Origin: Azolla caroliniana
Taxonomy: Eukaryota; Plantae; Polypodiophyta
DNA: 64,000 bases
NCBI GenBank assembly: GCA_043228905.1
Contig: JBHGNT010000020.1
Location: forward strand, 15,376,001 to 15,440,000
Direction: 5' to 3'
Positions 50,072 through 63,325 of this stretch are shown here, piece by piece. The notes below the pieces were generated by a model. It was not told the origin of the DNA. It saw only the letters and a list, made by a program, of their open reading frames with translations, and did no database searches. Every line of letters begins with the position of its first letter. Positions within the stretch are counted from its first letter, which is position 1. Position numbers and translations under genes: made by a program.

Positions 50072-50895
50072 AGTCATTACCTCGTTTTCGAGGAGGCTCT
50101 CTGTATATATACCCTTTGTATGAGCTTGGTGAATTAGCACAAGGTTTTGCACGACTGAGTGCAGTTTATGGTGGGACATATATGCTTGCAAAACCAGAGT
50201 GTAAGGTAGAATTTGATGACGAAGGAAAGGTTTGTGGTGTCACATCGGATGGAGAGACGGCGAGGACAAAGAAGGTTGTAGGTGATCCATCATATATTCC
50301 AAACAAGGTGAAAAAGCTAGGCAGGAAATCTGACATGAATTAGTCTTTTGGGACCCATGGATGAAATTTTCTTCGATACCTATGATAGATTTGTACCAAT
50401 CAATGAACCTTCATTGGATCAATGCTATATATCCAATAGCTATGATGCAACCACCCATTTTGAGACCGTTGTGGAAGATGTTTTGGCAATGTATACAACT
50501 ATCACTAGAAAGGTTTTGGATTTGTCTATGGATGTAAGTGCAGCTAGTGCAGCTGATGAGTATTTCTTTTTGCCATCTCTCTTTATGGGAGACATATAGT
50601 TCATTACAGAGCCAAATTGCAATATTTTTTTCTCCATATGTTAAGACCAGCCAGATATTCTGGTGTCTTGCATAGGGTTTGCCAAGGACAATGATCATGA
50701 TTAGGAATGATTATTATGGTGGAGAGTCAGCATCTCTCAATCTTACATAGTTGTGGTCCAAATTTAGAGGCAATGACAAGCCTCCTATGTTTAAAGCCGT
50801 TGATGGGAGCTATGTTTTTCACAAAGGGAAGATCCACAAGGTTCCTACTACAGATGTAGTAGCATTGAAGTCTCCCCTCATGGGTCTATTTGAGT
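50072..50895 (+). pseudogene. GDI: Scrambled, intronless Rab GDP-dissociation inhibitor fragments
   Basis: '[36 protein letters not shown]' and 'SYDATTHFET...SAASAADE' come first. The N-terminal pieces 'RNDYYGGESASLNL' and '[19 protein letters not shown]...[10 protein letters not shown]' lie downstream of them. Confidence 0.9.
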
Positions 50896-51540
50896 TTGAC
50901 TTGGGAGATGCAAGTTATTTAAGATATATGGGACTGCAAGTAGCTTGGAATGTGTCTACAGAATAGCTTGGAATGTGTCTACAGAATAACTTTCAGATTA
51001 GTTGACTAGTTTTCTCTACTTTGGAGTACATAGATTGCTTTCCTCAAACCATCATCTTATAAAGATGAGTTGGGAAAAATATTTTGTATGTTGTTGTTAT
51101 GACTTTTCTAAAAACTAATGGAAGGATGTGTTCTTTTGAAAAGGAAAAAAAACCTAGAATAAGCAACCAATATAAGCATAAAGCAAAATATGGAGTGGTA
51201 TATCTGATCAAATTGATTTAAAACACCATAAATGTAACTAGTTATCTTAACAATGTAGATCCTGAAGAAAGTAAGAGAGAAACCTTCCTCATACTAATGA
51301 AGCTTGTAACTTGTGTTTGGGTGCAAGCCAGCTTATTGACATGACACATTTTCCGGTCTCCAAAGATATTGTTTCTGTAAAATTCATAGGTAGCATCCAT
51401 AGGCTGCACATAATTTCCTTTATTAAAAAATTCTGAATTGAGCATGATTGCATCTATTTACAAGGAATGATTGAGGGAGGTTATAGCTCTTGTAATTGTT
51501 GTCCATAGGCCAAAAAAATAAATATATTATGTAAACTCGT

Positions 51541-54500
51541 TGTTAAGTAGGAGTAGGTGAGGAAGGTAGAGTTTAGGAGAATGCCGAGTTTCGAGCCTCA
51601 CAGTCAACTGACGACTCGGCTCTGTATGAAGAAAAAGTTTATAAACCGAGGTCTGCGTACCTCGACAGGGGGATACCTAGATCATTCTGAGCGAAAGTAA
51701 TATCATAGGAGCAAGCTCTGTATGTACTGTTTCCGGCTGAGGCCGAGTACTGTAATCATTATAAGCTTTATCATCGAATATAAGTCTCGTCTTTTCTAAA
51801 CTTCTATCTATATATTCTCCCCGTACTCGTAAATCAGGCTACGTTCATACTTAATGAGTTGTAGCCCGTGTACGATCCTTGCTCTCCTCTCTTTTCCCCG
51901 TGTAGAAGAAGCTTCCACGTAACACGATGCCTTGACACCGATAGCCTGTGGGCTCATCGAAGGTGTTTTCCAAAGGAACGGATAACACAATTTGGCACGC
52001 CCGGTTACAGCTATGAGATCATAGCGAACTACGTTGAAGGCAACCTTCAGCCGCCATTACGGCACCCAATCACACCAAGCGGTCTCGCCCATCTGGCCGA
52101 CGCCCTGAGCCAGTCGAAGGAACTTCCGACTCGGCGGTCACAGACCAGTCTTTCCAAGAAATATCGGAGGCTCACCGGTTGCAATCCTCGCCACCTGCTA
52201 CTCAGTCGCGAGTTGATTCCACACCAACCTCTCCACCAAGCCCTCCAAAGGTCACCCACCCTAACCCTAACCCTTTTCCGGTTTTATTGGAAGATCCAGA
52301 TTTCGATACCATGCCGTATCCTTACCCACGATACACCGACGGCCCCAACGCGGAGTCGCACATCCGTGCCTTCGTGTCCACCTGGCAAGCCAACCACTCA
52401 ACGCAGCGACTCTCTCTTGCCGAAATCGAGGCCTCAAAAATCGCCGAGTTTACGCTATCCCTCGATGGACTAGTTGCGCGATGGTATTCTCGCCCCGACG
52501 CATGGGAGTTTATCACCTTCCAAGACGTTCGCACGCAGTTCCTAGAACTGTTCCATCGCGAGGGGCCCAAACGCGAACTGCTCCGACAGTTCTTTTCCAT
52601 GTGACAAGAACCGCACGAGACGGTCGCACAGTTCACGATCTGGTTCCAGGATCTCTACAGACAAGTGGCCGACGATGTCTCTGCACAGCACATTCCGAAC
52701 GCATTCTTGTCCAGCTTACGGGAGCCTCTATGGACGACTCTCGCACTTACTAATTTTGCCAACCAAATGATCGAGCAAGTCATAGTGCGCGTCCTCGCCC
52801 TCGATCGGACACAGCAAAGCACAACTTTCTCTATGAATTCACTGCAAAGCGCCCTTCCCCAGGAGGACAATCGCTTCCGCCAAGCCCTCCAATGCACAGT
52901 TTGCTCGGGATCGGGCCATCTGGCCCTAGAATGTCCTCACCGGCCACGGTGTCCGATCTGCCAGTCCCGATCTCACACTGTCGAGCAATGTGAATACAAT
53001 ATGCTCAACCGCACAACGACGGGCCCGGTTCGCCAGATCGAGCCCAGGGATACATACTCTCATCAGGACAAGCGCCAATCCTACCGGAACCAGGATAACC
53101 AACGACCCTGATCGCCAGATAGGCGGCGTCGTGACGACGATTACCGTCGTGACGACGATTACCGTCGGGACGACGACCGTTACCGAAACGACAACCGACG
53201 GAGTTCAGACAACCGTCGTGATCGCTATCACGATGACCAGTATCGGGGAAACGACGATTATGATCGGTATGACGATGATCGGGATGACCGATACGATCAG
53301 AGAAATTCCCGTAAGGATTGACGCAACTCTCACCGAGGATCGCGCAACAACAGAAGGAATAACGACAACCGTCGTCGGGACCCCCCTCAAAATGAACCGC
53401 ACAGCTCGAACGTGCCCTGGACCAACCCACCAACACACGAGGCCGGGAATCAATCATACCCCCCCACACATACAGATCAAGCTGGCACCAGCAACTCGGC
53501 TGCCATTACCTGCTTCAAGTGCAACCAACCCAGACACTACGCTACGCAATGCCCAACAACAGATCGCGAAAAGGCTCTTGTCGTGAATAGTATTATGGCC
53601 GACGTGCAAAACGTCACAACACGCAGTAAAGTGCAGGCCAGTCCATGGCAAGTACAGGATGAAGTCTGGCAAGCAGCCAAAGAATGGATTGATACGACCA
53701 ACAAAAACAATGTGGTGCGGATGTAAACAGAAATGGGAGACGCGACCATCGGAGCACCACAGTCCTCGGCACCATCCACGTTGATAGAAGATGATCAGTT
53801 GTGGGACACCCATACCAGTTCCAGGATCTCCCTGCCTCTACATAAACTCTTACCACTCATGTCGCGTTTTCGGGACACCTTGGCTACACTCACGGCCAAC
53901 ACCCATTCCACCGCACCACCTGTGCACCAGACCGAGCCAGGAACGGGTCCACCCCTCATGGATGCTCAAAATCCAACCATAAAAATTATGATTAAAGGAC
54001 GGAACCTGCACAGTTTCATAATCGACGACGGCTCTGGCGTGAATGTCATCAGCGAGGCTACCTGTCATAAACTCGATCTGAATCAATGGGAACATTGCCC
54101 CTTTTGGCTTCGGATGGCCGATACACGATCGGTTCGCCCCATCGGATTAATCCGCCACCTCGACTTTACTCTAGGAGGTCACATGTTCACTATCTTGACC
54201 GTTGTATTATGACTCGAAGCACAGGGCGCCTACCCAATATTACTTGGCAGACCATGGTTGCGCACAGCAAATATCAAACAGCATTGGCAACGCAACATGA
54301 TCTCGTTTCGCCGAGGAAAGACCAAGGTCTGGATCATAACCGAAGAATGCGTAACCACACCCCACAACACCTCGTCGTTATACGCGAAAGGGGTGCACAT
54401 GCTCGACGGGTTAACCGATGACGAGATGGATGACTTCCTAGAATACCATCCCACTATCATACCCCTCTTCGAAATCGACGCCATATCGGCCGTCGGCACA

Positions 54501-57500
54501 CCTCTAGATGAGGAGGTCACGGAGAATACACCTCCCCAAGACGAGCCAGATCCCACCACCATCGCAGAATTACGACATGCTCGGGATGCTTTTGAACGTG
54601 AACTCGCCATCTCTCAACGAGTGAAGGCATCAACGCTCGAAACACTAAACCTCGGTTCGGACGAGAACCCTCGCACCCTACAAATTGCTAATAACTTACC
54701 AGCCAGCGAATGAGCGACCCTCATACGCTTACTCACCGATTACCAGGATGTATTCGCATGGTCTTACACGGATATGAAGGGTTTGGAACCTCAATACTAC
54801 CAACACCAGATCCATCTTCTCCCTGACGCTCGGCCGGTTCAACAAAGACGATACCAGATGAACCCCAATTATGCGGCTAAGGTCAAGGAAGAAATAGACA
54901 AGCTCCTCCGAGTTGGGTTCATACGACCTGTAAAACGCACCACATGGTTAAGCCCAATCGTAGTCATCCCCAAGAAAAACGGGAAAATCCGAGTCTGCGT
55001 CGACTACCGCAAGGTTAATGCTGCAACGTTCATGGATGGCTTCCCTCTCCTGTTCACGGATAGCGTTCTCGACAGGGTGGCAGGTCACGAATGCTACAGC
55101 TTTCTAGACGGGTTCAGTGGTTACAACCAAATCAGAATGCACCCGGATGATCAGGAGAAAACAACATTTGTCACGGAATGGGGTGTTTTTGTGGTAGAAG
55201 TAATGATGTTCGGTTTGAAAATGGCGCCGACCACGTTCCAGCGCATCATCACCGAAATTTTTAACGAGTATATCCCGGCTTTCATGCAAGTCTTTCTCGA
55301 CGACTTCGCCGTATATGGCCAACGACTGGAACACATGACCCAATTACGTCTCTATCTTGATTGATGTCACCAGGCACGATTAAGTTTAAACCCGGCAAAA
55401 TGTGCGTTCTTGGTCACAAGCGGCAACCTACTCGGGCATATCGTCAGTCAAGAAGGTATCGCCATGGACTCGGATAAAGTACAAGCCATCCTAAACGCCC
55501 CCGCACCCTCGAATGCAAAGGCCCTCAGCCGATTTCTGGGACAAATCAGATGGCACAGCCGGATGATATGCCACCTGGCCGTTTTTTCGACACCACTACA
55601 CGCGGCAGTGCATCGACTTCCCTTTCAATGGACTTCAATCGAGGACGAGGCTTACCAAGCTTTGAAATTAATGCTCTCGCATGCCCCAGTTGTATAGCCC
55701 CTGATATGGTTGGAACCCTTTCACGACTTCGTGGACGCATCAGATATCGCCATCGGGAGCGCATTTATGCAATGCACGCCCCCAAATTGGTATTCGCTAG
55801 TGTTTTATGTTAGCTGACGTCTCTCAGCCGTGGAAAAGAACTATTCAACCACCGAACGAGAGGCCCTTTGTATGATCTACAGCATCAGTAAATATCGGCA
55901 TTACCTCTTAGGCCGAAAATTCACATTTCACGTCGATCACTCGGCCCTCCTTTACCTGGTCAGTAAACAAGCCCTGATAGGTCGACTGCCTCGATGGATG
56001 CACCTATTACAAGAGTTTGATTTTCATATACAGCATCGACCCGAATTCTAACACGCCATCGTTGACTACCAAAGCCGCCGCCTCGAGTCAAGGGACCCTG
56101 CCGGGTCCACGTATAACGATTTACCCGATGCCAGCCTATTTAATCTCACAACGCTGCCAGACGACAAAGAAGATGAATGGATCACGGAGATGATCCATTT
56201 CCTTAGTACTAGCCTGCCTCCCGACCACATGGCCCTCGATGCACGGAAACGACTCGCAGTACGAAGCCAAAACTTTTGTCTCATTTCCGACATCCTCTAC
56301 CACAAAGGCTCGGATGGAATATGGCGCCAGGCAATTCGACAATTCGAGAAGAAGGCCATCCTCCAAGAGGCCCACCTAGGAATCGCCGGTGGACACTACG
56401 CCGGAGAGTCCACGGCAAGGAAAGTATGGCAGAGTGGGTTATGGTGGCCTACAATGAAAAAGGATGCCCACGAGTTCTGTCGACAGTGCAACTTGTGCCA
56501 ACGGTTGGGACAGCCGATGGAACAAGTTTGAATGCCACAACAACCCATTCTTCCATTGGAACCATTTCAAAAATGGGGCTTAGATTTTGTGGGACCCTTC
56601 AAACCAGTCGCAGCCCGAACCGGTAATAAGTATATCATCGTGGCCACGGACTACTGCACAAAATGGGTCGAGGCAAAGGCTTTACAAGACAACACGGCAA
56701 CATCCACGGCCAAATTCGTGTACGAACATCTATGGTGCCGTTATGGATGCCCAATAGAGCTCGTTAGTGACCAAGGTGGGCACTTTATAAACCATATAAT
56801 ACGCGAGCTTACGACACACTACGCGGTTGTACATAAGAAAAGTACACCATACTACCTGCAGGCAAACGGATTGGCAGAATCGACTAACAAAAATCTCCAA
56901 ACAATCCTGAAGAAGATCGTCAATGAGAACCACACCAATTGGGATGACAAGCTCCAGAGTGCACTATGGGCTTATCGCACTACATTCAAAACGAGCATTC
57001 AATCCACCCCCTTTCGGATGGCTTTTGGTCTCGAAGCCGTTATGCCCATCGAGTTCCAAGTTCCGAGTCTCCGAGGAGTTCAAGTTAAAGCAAGGCTCCC
57101 CAAGGCCCAATCCGACCAATTTAGGCTGGAACAACTCCTCAAACTTGGCAAGGACCGAGTAGCGAGCATGGCCCAACTTGAACAGCGCCAACAACAACAG
57201 AAAGCCTTTGTGGACCGACATCGGAAAGGATTGGAACAAGAACTAACCACCGGCAAACCAGTCCTTGTTTTCCAGACACGACTCGGTGCCATGCCAGGGA
57301 AGTTACGATTTCGATGGACCGGCCCCTTCTGGATTATTGACAAGTTTAATGGCACGTTCCAGCTCAGCACCCTGGCCAGGGAAATTGTCAAAAGCTGGGT
57401 GAATGGATTCCGACTGCGACCGTACCAAGGAAATACCCCAGCCAACCCTTTCGCCGAGTCTCACGGCACGGACAATGCCACGAAGGAGGCCACGCGTCCC

Positions 57501-60114
57501 CCTCGGTAAGAACCCGCCAACATTCCAAAGTGTACATTAGGTAGGATTAGGCATAGTTTTAGCAATTAGTTAGTTCCATCTAAACCACTACCACATCACC
57601 CAAATCGCGTCATGTTTAGAGGCACACACTAGTCACTTTCACACACTTAAGTATTTAAAGGCACATGCACAGCATCCAAGGCACATCACTAACTCCCTAG
57701 GACACGTGGCCATAATATCCTATTATGGCATCCACGACCAAGAATCTCCAGGCTCCTCTTCATGCACAAAACCCTAGGCGTTCGCTAAAAAACAGTTACC
57801 CCAAGCCCATCCCACACACAGACGCTTTCTTGCACACCCAGCCTTCATTGCTCCCACGCTCTCAAGCCTCCTCTTGCTCTCAACGCTTTCATCGCTCCCA
57901 CCACTCTTGCTCACAAGCCCTCTCTTGTCCTCGTAGCCCCTCTACCGCACCACAACCATCTCCTTCCCTCACTCTGTCTCGGCTTGGTCTCATCCTCCTT
58001 CCCTAATCTTCCACACAATAGAACCCCGAGTCTATTATGCCTCTTGCAGCTTCACAGGAAACCCGCTCCTGGCTTCAGGAACAAGGATTAGGTGGTTATT
58101 TAAAGGTGATCGATGCCCATGCACGCCCTGATGCCCAAGCGGCCGCACACTGAATCCACTCAGACACAGTCAACAACAATATGATTCGTGTTGCCTTGGA
58201 CTTGAAGCGAGGAGGTGATCATGAAGTAGAGATTCCCCCTTCCACGACCCTGAAGGAATACTTTGGTGCGTATTCCATATCTGGTAAGGCCTATCGCACC
58301 TACAGTGGATCCAACAAGGCATTCGGAGAAATCGCTCGCATCCTGATGGAGTACACGTTCGTACATACCAACCCTACAAGTATGCCACAAAACAAAGCAG
58401 CGATCATTATCAGTGCATACGAGGGAAACAAAATCGATTGGGGAATCATCACCGGCGAAGGAGTCCGCGCGGCGCTCGAATCCTTCCAAACCGGTAAGCG
58501 TTTGTTGCTTGTGATCAATCACTTCCTCATAGTCCTCTACCCACCTCCTTCGGTTTCCCCTCGACGCATCCTGACCTCTCCATCACCACCAAGGAAACAA
58601 CGGGAGAAGATTTTGGCGATAACCTAGGACGAATGGGAAGATCCCTCGCCTTCCCCACCTCCCTCAGGCGTTCGGAACCCCACTTCCGCCTCGGCACCAC
58701 CCCCACCAAAAACACAAAAAACAACGGGCAGTCACAGCGACCCGTGTCAAATGGGACAAGGCCGAGGAGCCCATCCCCGAGGATGTTACCATACGCCAGA
58801 AACCACCAAGGACATCAATGAACTCTCCACAACCGAGCCCATGGCCCACAGGCCAGCAACCCTCGGCCATCCGGCAGCAAAAGAGGAAACAGGTCGAGGA
58901 GCCAACATCACCGGCCCCGGACGCACAGCATCAGCCGCCAAAAAGACGTCGCATCATTCGAGAGGCAACCATAGAAACCGAGGGCGACCATCATCAGAAA
59001 TCAAAAGAGGCTAGCCCAATCTCCACGGACATGGTACCAGTGGAGTTATGGCTCCAAGTCAATAGGATCGAGCATGCACAAACCACACAGATATCATAGG
59101 AGGAAGTCCTCGGTTACAAAGATCTCCCGCGGAGGCATACGAGTTCAGTGCACTACTTTGACTGGGCACAACATATGAGTTAATGGATTTCCTCGCGCGC
59201 GCCCAAGTAGCTGCCGCCACTCGTATGGCCGAGGAGCACGCCGAAACAAAGATGATTCAACGCGCTCTAATGGGTGAAATCGAACCTCACGAGGATCGAG
59301 CCTTACAGAAGATAGGACGGAAGAAGCAAGCACAGAATGCTTCGCTCCTCATGGAACTACCAGATCTGAACATGGCCTTAGTCGAGGCATATCCCAATCT
59401 GCACGACACTACTCGGGCAGCCAAGGACATGGCCCGACTTATCAAAATGGCGCATCGGCAAGCCAAACAGGCTACCGAGCTATGGCAAGCCGCCGAGAGA
59501 AACTAGCGACATTCAAGCAGCAACATCCAGAACAACCGCCCTTAAGCCTCCCTGCGCCGAGTGACGTTGTCTCTCCAGCCACTCTTCCGAACCCGAGCCC
59601 GAGTGCTGAAGGTACTGACGCACACAAAGACGACACCACCCACCCCATGGTAGCCACGTTCGATGCCAGCACACTCACGAACTCGGTACAGACAAGTGAG
59701 CCATCGTCACGGGCAGATATCAGCCCGCACCCCCAAACCAGCCAAGCCTCCACACAAACGCCACCACCCCCGACCGTCATGAAACGATCTATACAGACAG
59801 ACAAGGAACCCTCTCCCCGAATCCAGCAAGCGGCAACCCAGACAGGGCCTCCCCTTCGGGACTATTAGGAGGAGCTAAAGGCCCAGATCGCTTTGGCCAA
59901 GCTGGCAGAACAGAACCACCACAACAGTCTTGGCCAACTACGGGAACAAGCCGCGAGTCGCGAAGCTGACCTCAAGCGCATGCTTGCTGAAGAACGAGAA
60001 AGGTCTCTATCACTGAGGCTAAAGAACGTTTCATCAAAGAAGCCGAGAGGAATAGCCAACAGGAACAAGAGCTCTTCGCAGACAACCAGGAATTACGACG
60101 TCATTATGGACTGA
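51541..60114 (+). mobile_element. Ty3/Gypsy (non-chromovirus) element: 5' LTR, gag-pol, extra 3' ORF; degenerate, 3' LTR missing
   Basis: Putative LTR TGTTA..TAACA at 51541-51987 and PBS-like TGGCACGCCC at 51993. Order is gag, CCHC, protease 'IIDDGSGVNVI', RT 'FLDDF', RNase H 'NYSTTEREAL', integrase 'WGLDFVGPF' and 'WTGPF' (ends 57509). Many stops. Confidence 0.93.
58037..60114 (+). pseudogene. Additional sense ORF downstream of Gypsy pol, function unknown
   Basis: ATG 58037 'MPLAASQETRSWLQEQGLGGYL...', continuing through fragments 58181-58627, 59183-59506 and 59893-60114. Pro-rich and coiled-coil-like segments. Confidence 0.6.
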
Positions 60115-60259
60115 AACTCAATTCTCAGATGGTTTCTGTGGATAGCTCAATCATTGAGTGTTAAATGCAATGTATATGATTGCAATTGGAAACTTAAGGA
60201 CTTGTTAGATGAATAGAGCCATCAATTATCATAAATCTTAAACTAGCAGTCTTTTACAG

Positions 60260-63200
60260 GTCGTGGACAACTTCAGAACATGGTGTTGCAGATGATAAAA
60301 GGATAGTATTAGTACATGAAGAGGAGATTCAGCATATTCATGAAAATTGCGACTCAAAACATGTATGTGAAACTTTTATCTCTGGATTTGAAGGAGGGAA
60401 ATTAGGGCGCTGGGCATTGTTGGATCTTATTATTTTGTATTTTTTGGTATCAGAGTGAAACATCTATGCAAGGGCAAGACCTTTTGGATGAAGTATCTAA
60501 GACACATAAAGCTATCAAGTGATATTTAGCTAATTTTAGGTGTTTTTGGTACATTTGGAATAATGAAATGAAAACCGATTTTAACTAATTAAGATGTAGT
60601 AGGGGTTATTTGGAAATTAGTGCTAAGAAAGCTATAGGTTTTCCTATACACACTGGTGCGGAAATGTGGATGTCTGCATCCAGATTCTTTTTGGAAACAA
60701 TTTGCAAATGCAAATAACTACCATGTATTTAGTTTTTTGATGTTTTGACTGCACGAGTCTTTTTTTTGTTCTTTACCTATGGATATATTTAAGTAGTAAG
60801 TATGTTTAACAATGATTGTACTTTCTTAATATTTTGCTTCCTAGTTTCTTATGCTATTTGTGGCAAACTTCCTCTCTTGGTTTTATGGTGCTGTATGACA
60901 TGGTTTAAAGCCACATATGGTATTTCTGAGGGATTTGATCCCTACTCCTCCGTACTTCCATACCTGGGTCTGTTTGCTGTATGGTTGACTATGAAAACTT
61001 CCACTGATGATCAAATTCCTATAAAATTAAAATTGTTGATATTTTGCCATATCAAATGAGGAACATTAATAAATGGGAGTTTGAGGCTATATAATTGTAT
61101 TTCGGATATTTGAAATTATGTTCCAAATTTTCATAGAAATTCTGTTTAATGAAATGTTATTATTAATAAATTTGATCTGAGATGCATTCATTATCTTGAG
61201 CAGGACACTGGACAAATCAGTTTCAATGTTGGAAATGGAATTAGCTGTAGCTAGGGCTTCTTCCCAGGCAGGTTCCCCCAGTCTGATAAAGCCTATTTTA
61301 GAGCATCCTGAAGACAGAAAGAAAGCTTTCATCATGGTTGGGATTAACACTGCATTCAGCAGTAGAAAAAGAAGGAACTCTGTCCGAGAGACATGGATGC
61401 CACAAGGTATGCACATGTTGCTAATATGACAACAGTGAAGTTACAATGCCATCACTCTTATCATTTTCTTTTTAATTTCTCATATATTAGGTGAAAAACT
61501 GAAGAAACTTGAGCAAGAGAAGGGAATTATTGTTCGATTTGTTATTGGCCATAGGTAAAGTACATTGTGATGGTTTCATTTGTGAAGCCATCTGATTATT
61601 GATGTCTTGTCTAATCAACAAATACACTTTGATTTGACTGTAAGTGAGGGTATGTATAAGTGGAGGTGCTAAATTTTTTCCTCGATTACTAGTGCTACGC
61701 CTGGCGGCATCTTGGATCGTGCCATTGATGCAGAAGAGGCACAGCATGGAGATTTCTTGAGATTAGTGTGTGCAATTGCAAGATCATTTGATTTACTCTG
61801 TTTTACATGATGCTCAAGTTTTACAACTGCCCACAGTTTCAGTACTAGCTCACCTCTTACAGCAACAATGTTCACATTGATAGGAACATATTGAAGGCTA
61901 CCATGAATTGTCTGCCAAAACAAAGATATTTTTTTCCACAGCATTAACCAAGTGGGATGCGGATTTCTATGTGAAAGTTGATGATGATGTACATGTAAAT
62001 TTAGGTGAGATTGTGCTCTATTCATCATTTTATCTTAGGGGTTCAATTGCTTTCTTTGCAGCAACTGAGGGGAGGGTTGACTCCTAATCTATGGCTTACA
62101 TGGAAAGAGCCTGAACCAGTCAGCCACAATCCCTTCTACCTTATTCTCCTCATTTTGTGGAGTTTCTGAAACGATTATGATGTCAACTTCTATCTGTCTC
62201 TCAGGGATACTTGGGACAACATTAGCAAGGTATCTGCCAAAGCCTCGTGTATACATAGGATGTATGAAGTCAGGCCCAGTTCTCTCTCAAAGGTATGCTG
62301 TAACATTGAGCTGAAAGTACCTCTCCAAAAGTCAACCAGTGGATATTGTATCTTATTAGATTGATACATATCCTATTTTTGCAGAGCCAAGAAATTCGGA
62401 GAGGATGGAAACAAGTATTTTAGGCATGCCACAGGGCAGTTGTATGTTGTTTCAAAGGATCTTGCTACCTATATATCGATTAACCAGTATGTTCTTTGGA
62501 AACCAGACTTATGTGTTGTCCATGCCAGAGGTTATCATGATTAAGATCTTCATTTCCTACAGGCAAATATTGCACAAATATGCAAATGAAGATGTCTCCG
62601 TGGGTGCATGGTTCATTGGCTTGGATGTGGAGCAAATTGATGATCAAAGCTTTTGTTGTGGAACACCTCCAGGTTATTTTTCTTTCTAGGCCTGAAAAAG
62701 CTCTAGTGTTCATTCATGCATGCATGTTAGGGATGTGCTGGTCCTCCGTTGTACCTTACATTGAGTTTCCACTTAACTGTTAGGGTACTTACAAGAATAC
62801 CCGAGTTCTCAAAACTGCCAATCTACCTCCATGTAATAGAAATTTTTGTACAACAAACCCTAAACCCTAAACCCTTCACAATTTTTTTTTACCCCTGTCA
62901 ATTTATTTTGGTTACATATTTTTTCATGCCACATTGTGAATGGAAGGCTCAGGCAGGAAATGCATGTGTAGCTTCATTTGACTACCCTAAACCCTTCACA
63001 ATTTTATTTTTTACCCCTGTCAATTTATTTTGGTTACATATTTTTTCATGCCAGATTGTGAATGGAAGGCTCAGGCAGGAAATGCATGTGTAGCTTCATT
63101 TGACTACCCTAAACCCTTCACAATTTTATTTTTTACCCTTGTCAATTTATTTTGGTTACATATTTTTTCATGCCAGATTGTGAATGGAAAGCTCAGGCAG

Positions 63201-63325
63201 GAACTGCATGTGTAGCTTCATTTGACTGGACATGTAGTGGCATATGCAATTCTGTTGAGAGAATGTTGGATGTGCACCAGCGCTGTGGTGAAGGAGATGA
63301 TGCTGTTTGGAGTGCGATTGCTTAG
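60260..63325 (+). pseudogene. GT31 beta-1,3-galactosyltransferase-like gene; first exon not found, probably damaged
   Basis: Exons at ~60260, 60454, 61204-61406, 61491-61554, 61693-61765, 61884-62005, 62205-62292, 62385-62487, 62563-62672 and 63177-63325. Motifs '[24 protein letters not shown]', '[14 protein letters not shown]', '[10 protein letters not shown]', 'YANEDVS' and '[20 protein letters not shown]'. Confidence 0.85.
62864..63227 (+). repeat. Tandem triplication (~121 bp) of the last splice acceptor and exon start
   Basis: Units start at 62864, 62984 and 63106. Confidence 0.95.

Noticed and set aside
53110-53400. Low-complexity ORFs rich in T/D/R (52990-53586, 53005-53469)
   Set aside because: These are alternative frames of the RD-rich repeat region of Gypsy gag, not independent genes.
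62855-62875. Chromosome end or interstitial telomere array
   Set aside because: Only three AAACCCT units inside an intron (telo-box scale).
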